Origin: a virus
Direction: 5' to 3' (one strand)
DNA length: 41,883 nt
IMG/VR virus record: IMGVR_UViG_3300045988_090545
Program-made: the position numbers and the translations under genes
Part shown: in pieces, positions 6,411 through 15,121 of the stretch
Layout: each line of letters opens with the position of its first letter
Position numbering within the stretch: position 1 is the stretch's first letter
The notes under the pieces: model-generated
The model's input: the letters and a program-made list of their open reading frames with translations, nothing else
What the model was told of the DNA's origin: nothing
Database searches by the model: none

Positions 6411-6456
6411 TTTTAACTTGCTTTTGAGTTACTATTTCACTTTTTAGTTCCTGTTT

Positions 6457-6630
6457 TCAGTTCCTGCTTAATAAGATGCTCATCATATATGCACCAATTA
6501 TCAACTGGTCGATTTTACTCATTTCATCAAAACATCTTGCATGTAGTTCACCGCTCATCAGTGTTTTCTCCATACTCAACAGCTCCGGCCAGTCTTTCCG
6601 CCAGTGGAATAATTTATAAAATTCCATCAT
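6457..6630 (-). CDS. Small hypothetical protein
   Basis: 57 aa from the ATGATG at 6630, immediately after the upstream stop (TGATAATGATG). The longer 6726 start would overlap the upstream gene by 94 nt. Confidence 0.4.
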   Translation of the reverse strand: MMEFYKLFHWRKDWPELLSMEKTLMSGELHARCFDEMSKIDQLIIGAYMMSILLSRN

Positions 6631-6632
6631 TA

Positions 6633-7235
6633 TCACCCCGTCATAATGCTTCCTGCAGTCTGAGTAAGCGGATCCACCGGCGGTTCCATGACCACCCCGG
6701 CTTCCGTGAGTAATGCACGGGACCACTCTCGGACGGTGGTCTTGTCCTGCTGATATGACAGTAACAGCTCATTCATGTATTCTTCGACCCGGGTCAGCCT
6801 GTCTTTGCCGAATCCGTACTCATCCATCAGCGCCGTGAAGAAAAACAACATATACCTTGTAGCCTGCTCATTGATGGTATTCTGCGGTGCAATCTGCTTC
6901 TGATCAAGCCAGTACTGATAGGACCCCTTCCGGGCGGTGATGTCATCCTCGGTATAGGCTTTATACTCAATGGACCATCCAGCCTTATCCATCAGCCGCT
7001 GGCTAATCTTTTTCAGATCAACCTTGCCCGCGGACCAGTCAGTTTCCATCTCATTAACCTTGTTCGCCAGTCGGGAGATCCGCTGCCCCTTGAATCCCTC
7101 CCGACGCATGATCACATAGCTGCAGATGATTCCCATTGCTGTCCAGGGTGTCCGGTCAGCCATACGGCTTTCCCGGGAGATCCGCTTGCACTGCTCTTTG
7201 ATCTCTGCCGGTGTCAAATGTCTCTTCTTTCCCAT
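6633..7235 (-). CDS. Hypothetical phage early protein
   Basis: 200-aa ORF with RBS GGAGGTATACATG upstream. No family recognised. Confidence 0.6.
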   Translation of the reverse strand: MGKKRHLTPAEIKEQCKRISRESRMADRTPWTAMGIICSYVIMRREGFKGQRISRLANKVNEMETDWSAGKVDLKKISQRLMDKAGWSIEYKAYTEDDITARKGSYQYWLDQKQIAPQNTINEQATRYMLFFFTALMDEYGFGKDRLTRVEEYMNELLLSYQQDKTTVREWSRALLTEAGVVMEPPVDPLTQTAGSIMTG

Positions 7236-7244
7236 GTATACCTC

Positions 7245-8618
7245 CTACGCAAACCGGAGTTGCCCGGTCTGCTCTGCTTCTATTCTCATGTTCGGTGTAC
7301 GCTCTCCTATTCGGAGATCACTGCAGTTTGCAGATACCAGTGCTTCTGCCATAACCGGCACTACGCTGTTACCTATCCTTGCCACTCGCTCCACAATAGG
7401 ATATGTTTTTCCTGCAATATCCCTATCAATGATATAATCCTCGGGAAATCCCTGCATCAGCTTCAATTCTTCCGGCTTCAGCATCCGCAGAAAAATGTCT
7501 TTTATAACATATTGCTCTCCATCAATCTCAATCAGAACATTCACCAGTCCGAACCGATCCTTTGTGGTAATGGTCCCCAGCGGCTTATCCAATGTCTGAC
7601 CACAACCGGTTCCGTAATATTTGACCATAAACGCAGATACAAGTCCGAAATGTCCAGGGGAAGTGGTGATTGTATGCAGTGGCTCGTCACACCCCTGTCC
7701 GATCCCAGTCTTATAAAACTTTGTGACAAATGCGGTTACCAATCCGTACCGGTTGCTGGTATCAATAGTCTTGATAGGATCCGTAAGGAGTTGTCCCCGG
7801 GAATCCCCCTGCCTGGTCTCACCGTGATACTGGATGATAAATGCCAGCGCATCCTTACTTTTGACGATATACGGATGTGGATTATTAATTATGTACTTCC
7901 TCACACCATTACCGATTCTGTCCATTGTAGCCGCTGCCAGAGGCTTCTTACGCTCAAATATGGATGTTCCAAGATCAGACCAGTCAATATAGTCACCGCA
8001 TTCTTTCCATCTCGGTAGCAGTATCCCATCTTTACTGTATGTAGGTGCTGGCCAGACGATTTTATTTCCATCCCGCCGGAAAATTGCATACCATCTTTTC
8101 CGTGTCGTAGGTGCCCCATAATCCGCAGCCACAAGTTCCCGACTATCGAAATCATATCCAAGAGAGGTCATTGCTGTAATAAACTTACGGTAGTCCTCTC
8201 CCCTGCGTTCTGGTATCGGGTGACCGTCTGCATCCAGCGGACCCCACTGTTGTATCTCTTCAACATTCTCCATGATGATTACATCTGGCAGTAGCACTTT
8301 TGCGTGCTTGTACACCGCCCAGGGAAGTATTCGCAATCCTTTTTTGCGTGGTTGCCCGCCCTTTGCTTTGCTATGGCTTGTACAGTCAGGTGATGCCCAC
8401 ATCAAAGCCACATGGCGATCTCCAACATATTTTTGCAAATCTACCTTAAAAATATCCTCTGTCAGATGCAATGTGTCAGGGTGGTTTACCATGTGCATCC
8501 GTATAGCCTGCGGATCGTGGTTTACGGCAATGTCAACAGATCTTCCAAGTGCCATTTCTATTCCTACGCTTGCTCCGCCGCCACCGGCAAAGCAGTCAAT
8601 GATAATGTTATTTTTCAT
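7245..8618 (-). CDS. DNA (cytosine-5)-methyltransferase, orphan
   Basis: Motif I IIDCFAGGGGASVG, motif IV variant ASPDCTSHS, motif VI IIMENVEE, QGFPEDY, motif X RIGNSVVP. No adjacent endonuclease. Confidence 0.9.
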   Translation of the reverse strand: MKNNIIIDCFAGGGGASVGIEMALGRSVDIAVNHDPQAIRMHMVNHPDTLHLTEDIFKVDLQKYVGDRHVALMWASPDCTSHSKAKGGQPRKKGLRILPWAVYKHAKVLLPDVIIMENVEEIQQWGPLDADGHPIPERRGEDYRKFITAMTSLGYDFDSRELVAADYGAPTTRKRWYAIFRRDGNKIVWPAPTYSKDGILLPRWKECGDYIDWSDLGTSIFERKKPLAAATMDRIGNGVRKYIINNPHPYIVKSKDALAFIIQYHGETRQGDSRGQLLTDPIKTIDTSNRYGLVTAFVTKFYKTGIGQGCDEPLHTITTSPGHFGLVSAFMVKYYGTGCGQTLDKPLGTITTKDRFGLVNVLIEIDGEQYVIKDIFLRMLKPEELKLMQGFPEDYIIDRDIAGKTYPIVERVARIGNSVVPVMAEALVSANCSDLRIGERTPNMRIEAEQTGQLRFA

Positions 8619-8833
8619 GGCATCACCTCCGGCATAAAATCAAACAATGTAGGCTCGTCCACCTCATTCTCCGCTGCCTGCAGGTACCCCACACCATCCC
8701 TGAAGTAATCTGGATTCAGTTCACACCCTTTACCGTACCTGTGCATCTTCACCGCTTCTGCTATACGCACTGGAATCATTCCACTATGAGGTCTAATATT
8801 TTGAAATTCTCTTATTGCTTCATTCTCCGTCAT
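8615..8833 (-). CDS. Small protein resembling only the C-terminal end of an N4/N6 DNA methyltransferase (possible remnant)
   Basis: 72 aa. ..RYGKGCELNPDYFRDGVGYLQ..PTLFD resembles the ..GRxxIGIELNPEY.. tail of N4/N6 methylases. There is no DPPY motif, and the position of the FxGSG motif is degenerate. Its stop overlaps the C5-MTase start (ATGA). Confidence 0.35.
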   Translation of the reverse strand: MTENEAIREFQNIRPHSGMIPVRIAEAVKMHRYGKGCELNPDYFRDGVGYLQAAENEVDEPTLFDFMPEVMP

Positions 8834-8835
8834 GT

Positions 8836-9219
8836 CTACTCTCCCTTCTGTGGATATAAAAGTTTCAAATCATATCCACTTTCTATAAATTTAATTGTTA
8901 ATTCATGATTGACCGCATTACCAAGTTTATCGTATATCCAATACATATCCTCTTGTGTAAATTGTGTTCCGAGATATTTGTTGTATCCAAAAAGAAGTAT
9001 TTCTCTCCATTCTTTATTTCTCTTCTCTTGGCGGTAAGGTTCACCCTTTGCAAGTGGTCTGGAGCACCACTCTAAAAGTTTACAGATAATATCTTTCTGT
9101 GTCTTACAGTCTTTTGCTGTAAAATACACATTCCCTTTGTCTGATAAAATAAGTTCTCCAAATTGAGTAATATAACTCTTTGGGAAACATTCCATTACTT
9201 TGAAAACCTCATCAATCAT
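8836..9219 (-). CDS. Hypothetical protein
   Basis: 127-aa ORF in the early operon. No family recognised. Confidence 0.55.
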   Translation of the reverse strand: MIDEVFKVMECFPKSYITQFGELILSDKGNVYFTAKDCKTQKDIICKLLEWCSRPLAKGEPYRQEKRNKEWREILLFGYNKYLGTQFTQEDMYWIYDKLGNAVNHELTIKFIESGYDLKLLYPQKGE

Positions 9220-9221
9220 GG

Positions 9222-9668
9222 CTACTCCTCCAACAATTCCGGGTTGTCAAATACATTCCCAATCACTGAACATTCATCACCTAAAACTTCATAACTTTCA
9301 GCAGATAATCTGTTTGTCACTTGGAAGGAAATTGTTTCATCATCCCATACGACTTTACCGACACAATTTGCTTCCGCCAGTCCGCTGTCTGTGCTGTATA
9401 CATCCAAATAAGTTACAATGTCATTTTCAAAAATCAGCTTACCGTTCTTGTCCTTAAGTCCTGTACACTGGCAGATAGTGTTCGGGTCTATCTCGTAGAA
9501 ATTTATACCAGTAACATTCCAATCATCGCAAGCAGTTCCATTGTATTTTTCAATAACAATTCCGCCAATAAATACTCTTCCATTTTCAAATCCATCATCA
9601 AACAAGTAACCATGTACCCATTCTCCATTATCAATCCGCTTTCCACGGAATAAATATCTATCTTGCAT
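9222..9668 (-). CDS. YopX-family phage protein
   Basis: MQDRYLFRGKRIDNGEWVHGYL..CQCTGLKDKNGKLIFENDIV..GNVFDNPELLE matches the YopX pattern. Start taken at the ATG at 9668. Confidence 0.75.
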   Translation of the reverse strand: MQDRYLFRGKRIDNGEWVHGYLFDDGFENGRVFIGGIVIEKYNGTACDDWNVTGINFYEIDPNTICQCTGLKDKNGKLIFENDIVTYLDVYSTDSGLAEANCVGKVVWDDETISFQVTNRLSAESYEVLGDECSVIGNVFDNPELLEE

Positions 9669-9670
9669 CC

Positions 9671-9946
9671 TCATTCCTCGCTTTCTGCCCTGAGCCATTC
9701 ATTCATCTCGTAGGTTCCCGATATGCTCTGGTCGTGATAACCGTATGTTTCTACTGTCACTAAAAAATCTGCCAGCTCATCGTCAGTCATGCTCCTGATC
9801 CGGTCTGCGTTGGTCATAGGGGAGTAGTGCTCGCAATCTCTTTCTATGTCCTCATGCGGACAGTCGTTGATTTTCTCGCACCATGAGTACGCATCAAACC
9901 CGTTATCCTTTGTTTCTAAATTCTTGCAATTATTACATTTCACCAT
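9671..9946 (-). CDS. Hypothetical Cys-rich protein
   Basis: 91 aa from MVKCNNCKN.., with RBS AGGTGGAAG directly upstream of 9946. Confidence 0.5.
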   Translation of the reverse strand: MVKCNNCKNLETKDNGFDAYSWCEKINDCPHEDIERDCEHYSPMTNADRIRSMTDDELADFLVTVETYGYHDQSISGTYEMNEWLRAESEE

Positions 9947-9953
9947 CTTCCAC

Positions 9954-10181
9954 CTACTTTTCTTGCAAAAATCTCTTGATGACATCAATATCTCTGTCCA
10001 GCACGCTTAAATGCTCTTTGTTCATTTTTTGATAGACAATCAAGGGATTCTGTCTTCCTGCCTTTTTCGCTCTTAATACTTCCCATATACCTTTGGGTTC
10101 TTCAATCGTCCATCCATCTTTGATAAGCCATTTGCGAAAAGCATCCAATTTGTTGCTATGCAGTGTGTTCCTATTTGCCAT
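9954..10181 (-). CDS. Small hypothetical protein
   Basis: 75 aa from MANRNTL... The ATG overlaps the upstream stop region, and GAGGAAGAG serves as the SD. Confidence 0.45.
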   Translation of the reverse strand: MANRNTLHSNKLDAFRKWLIKDGWTIEEPKGIWEVLRAKKAGRQNPLIVYQKMNKEHLSVLDRDIDVIKRFLQEK

Positions 10182-10557
10182 TCTCTTCCTCACTTTCCCG
10201 GTACGGCTCCGGCAGTGGCATCCAAGCAATAACTTCAAATGGAATTGTCTCTCCGTCTGCATTGTTCCATCCGTGACCGTCATATCCGACAAAATACGGA
10301 AGTATATTTTCAAAATCAGTTTGTGTTGACGGCTCATAGTCCATAACAGTTACCAAACATCCATATGCTTCTTCCGGCAGTCTCTCGCTTACTGGAATCC
10401 ACACCGGCTGATTCTGCAAGTCGGTGATTGCCATTTGTAATGCATCCTCATAGCAATGATCTACTCCAGTTTGTCCGTACAGAGGACATTCTTCACAAAC
10501 CTCTGAGTACCGTTCACTCTGAGCCTTTAAGCAGTAAATAGCTTTTTCTCTCTTCAT
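10171..10557 (-). CDS. DUF551-like phage protein
   Basis: WIPVSERLPEE...VIAWMPLPEPY is the DUF551 signature. ATGA overlap with the upstream stop at 10554-10557. Confidence 0.65.
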   Translation of the reverse strand: MKREKAIYCLKAQSERYSEVCEECPLYGQTGVDHCYEDALQMAITDLQNQPVWIPVSERLPEEAYGCLVTVMDYEPSTQTDFENILPYFVGYDGHGWNNADGETIPFEVIAWMPLPEPYRESEEENGK

Positions 10558-10931
10558 TCCGAACCCTCCATTTCTTTCAGCTTGGCTTCGGCTTTTTTCT
10601 TGGATGACCAATATCTTCCATTTTTATCTATTTTTCTAATTTCATAGACTGTTAAATCATTAATACTTTTGCTCATTACGGTTGCGTATTTTGTACCTTT
10701 ATCACAGATGAACCAGACCTCATTGCATGGTAACCGCAGGATCAATCCCTGTTCCTCGGCATCCTCATAGGCTGCCAGCTTCTCTATTGCGCAATATCCT
10801 CCATCGCAATTTGTATATTTATCATTCGGCTTTTCTCCAAAACACTGATAAAATGTTCTTAATCCGTTTTCAACGTGATTCTCCTTTACCAAAATTCCAT
10901 CAGCAGTTCTTTCTGTCAGTCTCTCCATCAT
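10554..10931 (-). CDS. Hypothetical phage protein (MERLTER.. type)
   Basis: 125-aa ORF with RBS GGGAAAGGA upstream. Confidence 0.55.
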   Translation of the reverse strand: MMERLTERTADGILVKENHVENGLRTFYQCFGEKPNDKYTNCDGGYCAIEKLAAYEDAEEQGLILRLPCNEVWFICDKGTKYATVMSKSINDLTVYEIRKIDKNGRYWSSKKKAEAKLKEMEGSE

Positions 10932-11109
10932 TGATCCTTTCCCATTCCTTCATGACTTCTCTTTCTCTTTTCCATTTGTCGATCCTGTACTTGATGTTAT
11001 CTTTCACAATGTTTACCAAGATAATCATTCCAAAGATTATCCAGACAAAAACCAACAATGCGATCAATACCACTCCAACCATATCTGATAAAGTCACAAT
11101 AAACTTCAT
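10900..11109 (-). CDS. Small single-pass membrane protein
   Basis: 69 aa. TM segment VGVVLIALLVFVWIIFGMIILV followed by a charged tail. RBS AAAGGAG upstream. Confidence 0.55.
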   Translation of the reverse strand: MKFIVTLSDMVGVVLIALLVFVWIIFGMIILVNIVKDNIKYRIDKWKREREVMKEWERINDGETDRKNC

Positions 11110-11127
11110 TTTGCATACACTCCTTTC

Positions 11128-11448
11128 TCACGCTCTCAAAAACTGCTTCGGTATCGGCACTCCATTTCGGTCATAAAAAGTAAAATCTCTGTACGGGTAA
11201 TGCCGGTTGTTCCCCGCCAACCGAAAGAATGTTGGCCGGCTTTCTGACACCTCCAACAGCCCATTCCCAATATTCGGGTAGCTGTCCTTATCATTCTTCA
11301 CGGCATATATCTTCATGGTTCTTACTTCTTTCTGCATGTATCTTTGGTTTCTCCGCCATTGCTGGATAACTGCAGTCATACGGTTTTGCCCGTCCGATAT
11401 TCCTTGACATTTCTCCCGGATGCTCTTCCATCTCCCGTAATTCATCAT
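11128..11448 (-). CDS. Hypothetical protein
   Basis: ORF coupled to the upstream stop (TGATG). An alternative internal start lies at 11316. Confidence 0.45.
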   Translation of the reverse strand: MMNYGRWKSIREKCQGISDGQNRMTAVIQQWRRNQRYMQKEVRTMKIYAVKNDKDSYPNIGNGLLEVSESRPTFFRLAGNNRHYPYRDFTFYDRNGVPIPKQFLRA

Positions 11449-11777
11449 CACTGTGAAATCCTCTGCTCACGTTTCTTTATCCACCTTTCTCTGTCGTATT
11501 TATGTCTTCTCTCGCGGTATGCAGGGTCAAATGCGCGCTTATATTTCCAATGTGCATCCATCTCTGCCTTGCGCTCTGCCCGAAGCCTTATCGTGGCATC
11601 TTCATCAACCACAGCCTTATACCTATGCGTTTTCCGGCACCATGAATCCCTATGCAGGCAGGTCCGAAATGTCTGTTCCGGGATCCCCAAGTAATCAGCC
11701 GCGGCTTTTGCCCCGAAGATATCCACCTTCACCGGCAGTTCAAATTCATCATTCGTCACTATCATGTACGCTTTCAT
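11448..11777 (-). CDS. Hypothetical protein (possible HTH)
   Basis: ORF with GGAGG upstream of the ATGs at 11780/11777. Basic C-terminus. Confidence 0.5.
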   Translation of the reverse strand: MKAYMIVTNDEFELPVKVDIFGAKAAADYLGIPEQTFRTCLHRDSWCRKTHRYKAVVDEDATIRLRAERKAEMDAHWKYKRAFDPAYRERRHKYDRERWIKKREQRISQ

Positions 11778-12360
11778 CATTGCCCTCCGCATGGATCAGT
11801 GCCATGAATTTCTCGTATTGCTTCTGGGATATCTTATTCCCCCTCTTATCATCTCTTAGATCAATTTTAAGGTGCTTTTCTGCGATAGACCGTAATTCCC
11901 TCGCCAACATCCTTTTACCCTGCTCTATGCCGTCCCTATAACCCTTAGCGGGTCGGTATTCGTCGATCTGCTTCTTCCCTTCGCTCTGTCCGCCTGCTGT
12001 CTTGTTCCTGAGTTGGTAACCAGCCTGTGCATACTGCCGTATGTATTTCTGCTCCATTTCATCCAGCTTGTCCTCCGGGTAGTGAAGAAAGCCGACTTTC
12101 CAGCCTGTGATATTATCCGCGGTATACAGTCCATGATTTTTGATAGACAGATCTATGTGCTGATACCCAGATAAGTGCTGTGCCAGTCTTGTCAGCAGGT
12201 GCTTGGCCTGTCCGATGTATGCATACCGGATCCCGTCATCATCTGTCCGGGTCAAGAAATATATACCGCTGCCATCATCAACGTGAGGATTAATCTCCAG
12301 TATCCGCTTCTTGTTTTTGGCTTCAATGGCCATTGCCTTTCGATAATTTTGATTGCTCAT
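11749..12360 (-). CDS. GIY-YIG nuclease-domain protein
   Basis: GIYFLTR..YAYIGQAKHLLTRLAQH..E..YI..Y..GYQLRNKTAGG matches the GIY-YIG core. RBS AAGGGAG lies before the ATG at 12360. Confidence 0.7.
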   Translation of the reverse strand: MSNQNYRKAMAIEAKNKKRILEINPHVDDGSGIYFLTRTDDDGIRYAYIGQAKHLLTRLAQHLSGYQHIDLSIKNHGLYTADNITGWKVGFLHYPEDKLDEMEQKYIRQYAQAGYQLRNKTAGGQSEGKKQIDEYRPAKGYRDGIEQGKRMLARELRSIAEKHLKIDLRDDKRGNKISQKQYEKFMALIHAEGNDESVHDSDE

Positions 12361-12370
12361 CGTTCTCCCT

Positions 12371-13180
12371 TCAATTTGCCAACATAGCTTTTTCAAATTC
12401 TGACATGTCTCCGTAGTTCGATGTCATCATCCCTTTGTTGGCATCGTACTTCTTCTGCGCTGGTGTCTCTCTGCTTTGCCTACTGGATTTCTCCCAGGTC
12501 CTCACTGCTGCTTTCCAGTCCTTCATGTGGTTTTTTCCAACCATCCAACCTTTACATTCATAAAAGTCAACAAATTTTTGTGGATCCACTTTGTTATTAC
12601 GTTCCAGACAATAAGCTTTTACTTCCTCAACAGTCGGTGGAACAAAGTGTTTTTTATATGCGCCAGCATATTCTTTTATATTCTCTTCTTTGCTCTTCTC
12701 TTCTCTACTCTGTGTATTTCCGGTGTCAGAAATTGCATTTCTTCCGGAAGAAATTGAATTTATTACCACATTTTTAGTATTTTCGGGTATAGAAATTAAA
12801 AGGTACTCTTTTTTCAGTTCTACGACTTCACGCTTGACTGTAGCTTTCAGGTATTGCTTCTGCACCCCGGAGGACGTAAGAATACCGTACTCTGTAAAAA
12901 GTCTCTCTGAAAAAATGTTCCTTCGGATACAGGCAGACACAATATCCTTAAGTAATTGTAAAGAGCCGTTACTTAAACCATTTTCTGACGCAAATAAAAG
13001 CTCCCGGTCTTGAGTCCATTCACAGTAATAACCATATCCCCCGTAGATTTCCTGGAGGAGTTTGACAAATACTGCAAAACCTTTCAGTCCATATTCTGCC
13101 TGTACCAATCTAACCTTTTCATCCATGTGGCAATCCAATTCAAAGTAGTCAAGTCCTACTTTGTTTTGTCTGCCAGCCAA
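12371..13180 (-). CDS. Replisome organiser / replication initiation protein (DUF4373, Lin1244-like N-domain)
   Basis: The N-terminus GLDYFELDCHMDEKVRLVQAEYGLKGFAVFVKLLQEIYGGYGYY and the C-terminal ..FVDFYECKGWMVGKNHMKDWKAAVRTWEK are typical of this family. TTG start with RBS AGAAGGTGA. Confidence 0.7.
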   Translation of the reverse strand: MAGRQNKVGLDYFELDCHMDEKVRLVQAEYGLKGFAVFVKLLQEIYGGYGYYCEWTQDRELLFASENGLSNGSLQLLKDIVSACIRRNIFSERLFTEYGILTSSGVQKQYLKATVKREVVELKKEYLLISIPENTKNVVINSISSGRNAISDTGNTQSREEKSKEENIKEYAGAYKKHFVPPTVEEVKAYCLERNNKVDPQKFVDFYECKGWMVGKNHMKDWKAAVRTWEKSSRQSRETPAQKKYDANKGMMTSNYGDMSEFEKAMLAN

Positions 13181-13196
13181 TCATTTCACCTTCTTT

Positions 13197-13664
13197 CTAT
13201 CCTATTCCAAATTCTTTGAGTGACATCTGCCCGGTATCCTCTACCTTTGGTGTCAGACACTGCCTGATAGCCTTGCAACGCTTGCTGCAGCTACTTGTCC
13301 GCATCTGCTCACGGTACAAATAAGCCTTGGCCTTCTGACGGTCTCCCAAACTACCGTCCGGCCGGAAGTATCCGTTATCTATATTTATGATCAGAGTTTC
13401 ACGGTACAGCAGAGCCTCTTCCATCAGCTTCCTGATCTTCCTATCGCTCATGTGTGTATCAGCCGATAGCTTTTCCCGTGATATTCTGTTCTCATACCCG
13501 AATGGGATATAATTCTCAATTAGAATAGTGATCACCTCCTGGGCGGCACTACCGTCCGCCCTGAAAATAATAATGGCTTGTTTGTGAGACACCATTACTA
13601 ACACAAACTGTTTCTTTCGCCCCGTATGGGCAGGTGTTGCAACCTTATAGGTAAGACCTTCCAA
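13197..13664 (-). CDS. Hypothetical protein (start uncertain)
   Basis: ORF in the operon. Possible starts are TTG 13664, GTG 13604 and ATG 13595, none with a strong SD. Confidence 0.4.
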   Translation of the reverse strand: MEGLTYKVATPAHTGRKKQFVLVMVSHKQAIIIFRADGSAAQEVITILIENYIPFGYENRISREKLSADTHMSDRKIRKLMEEALLYRETLIINIDNGYFRPDGSLGDRQKAKAYLYREQMRTSSCSKRCKAIRQCLTPKVEDTGQMSLKEFGIG

Positions 13665-13938
13665 ACTCTTTTATAAACTCTTCACGGGATCCGTAATGCT
13701 CCTCATAATACCGCTGACATTCCTGCTTCAGCCGTAGGTCAAGTCCCTGATTCGGTTTCATGTGCACGCTGTCCGGTCCGTATGTATGTAAGGTAGGATG
13801 CAGGGGTACAAGAAATCCTCTTTCTTCACTGGCTTTCTTTCGGCTGCCGTTAAACACATGGTGGATATGGACTACTCCCAAATGGGTGATATAGCAGGAT
13901 CCCATATCATCCGTCAGAACACTCCAACACTTCTTCAT
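13645..13938 (-). CDS. Hypothetical protein with His-Me/HNH-like HH..H pattern
   Basis: C..THLGVVHIHHVFNGSRKKASEERGFLVPLHPTLH..VH. ATGA overlap with the upstream stop. Family call is tentative. Confidence 0.4.
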   Translation of the reverse strand: MKKCWSVLTDDMGSCYITHLGVVHIHHVFNGSRKKASEERGFLVPLHPTLHTYGPDSVHMKPNQGLDLRLKQECQRYYEEHYGSREEFIKEFGRSYL

Positions 13939-14498
13939 GGCTTCCACGCTTTCATCATTTCTTCCAGTTCCGCAGGAGTAAGGGTTTCAATTCCAACTTC
14001 CTTACATTCAGATACCAATCCATTGATAAGTTCGCTCATCTCCCTAGTGTCGTAATCGTGAGAGCCACGGTACATGACATATGTGCGATACATGGTTCCG
14101 TCCTTGCCCTCACGCACTTGTGATGTCGGACCGATATGGTAAGTCTCAGCTTCCAATGCTGTGTTCTCTGCCTTGTCCGTGTCTGGGAGTGTTAGAGTGA
14201 CAAGCTTTCCCTCGATGTATTCCCTCTGTCCGTACTTCCGCAGGATCATGTTGTGCATCCGTCCCTTGGAAATATGCATTGCTTCTGCCAGCTTTGTGAT
14301 TAACTGCCAGTAATAGGCATTCGCATCCAGTGATCTCTTCTGACGAAATTTAACAGCGGTAATGGTCAGCTTCTCTGCATCCTTGATACCGTCAAACTGG
14401 CTGGTCACGGCATCGGCTGAGTCCGCTTGAAACGATATGTTATATTTGCCTGTCGTGAAATCCATTGTGATTCCAGCCACTTTCCCGGTAAATTCCAT
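13935..14498 (-). CDS. NinB/Orf-like recombination protein (tentative)
   Basis: KRSLDANAYYWQLITKLAE resembles the NRSLDQNRKLWA core of lambda NinB. The gene sits next to the annealing protein. ATG at 14498. Confidence 0.45.
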   Translation of the reverse strand: MEFTGKVAGITMDFTTGKYNISFQADSADAVTSQFDGIKDAEKLTITAVKFRQKRSLDANAYYWQLITKLAEAMHISKGRMHNMILRKYGQREYIEGKLVTLTLPDTDKAENTALEAETYHIGPTSQVREGKDGTMYRTYVMYRGSHDYDTREMSELINGLVSECKEVGIETLTPAELEEMMKAWKP

Positions 14499-14500
14499 TA

Positions 14501-15121
14501 TCAATCATCCCCATATTTCTCTCTCAACGTCTGCAGCATCATTCCCACTTCTGATCCCGTCAAGGTTTCTACGGTCTTGTTGTTACTTTTAGCCCAGTAA
14601 GCAAGATTAACCTTATGTTTCTCACATAACTGTTTCAAGACCGTCATACTGGCAGCGGAAGGTTGAGCATCATCTTGAGGTATTCCCATCTGGAAAGGTC
14701 TCGCTTCTTCTTTTAGCCACAAATCAAATCCAAGACCAGTATTGATAGCAACGCACTTTACAAAAGATCTGCACATGCTGTTCCATACCCTCTGCTGCGA
14801 CATGGAATTATCTTTTACTGGATTTGTACCATTCATTACAGGAGACTGCATCTCAAATTCCATATCATCAATTACGACCCGTATTCTTGTCTCATAGCAA
14901 CGATTAGTATTATTTTTGCTGTCTGAAAATACTGCTTCTGTCATACGTAGGCTTGTTCCTGTTTTTTCATCAGGAATCGGAGTCCACCGGACCACCTTTG
15001 CACCGTTCTCATGCAAAAGAGAAATGCATTTTGCCCAATTCAGATAAAGCATTTCATCTCGCTCTTCACAAAATGGTCTTACATCTATTTTTCTTAATTC
15101 ATCCCAAGGTTTAAGTGCCAC
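14501..15121 (-). CDS. Rad52-like single-strand annealing protein (Sak/DUF1071 type)
   Basis: ..MLYLNWAKCISLLHENGAKVV... matches the YLxWA motif context. GTG start at 15121 is preceded by GAAAGGAAG. The ATG at 15208 would overlap the upstream gene by 98 nt. Confidence 0.55.
   Translation of the reverse strand: MALKPWDELRKIDVRPFCEERDEMLYLNWAKCISLLHENGAKVVRWTPIPDEKTGTSLRMTEAVFSDSKNNTNRCYETRIRVVIDDMEFEMQSPVMNGTNPVKDNSMSQQRVWNSMCRSFVKCVAINTGLGFDLWLKEEARPFQMGIPQDDAQPSAASMTVLKQLCEKHKVNLAYWAKSNNKTVETLTGSEVGMMLQTLREKYGDD

Noticed and set aside
7218-8018. 266-aa plus-strand ORF opposite the C5-methyltransferase
   Set aside because: The minus-strand frame carries all canonical MTase motifs. The plus-strand ORF has no SD and an implausible composition.
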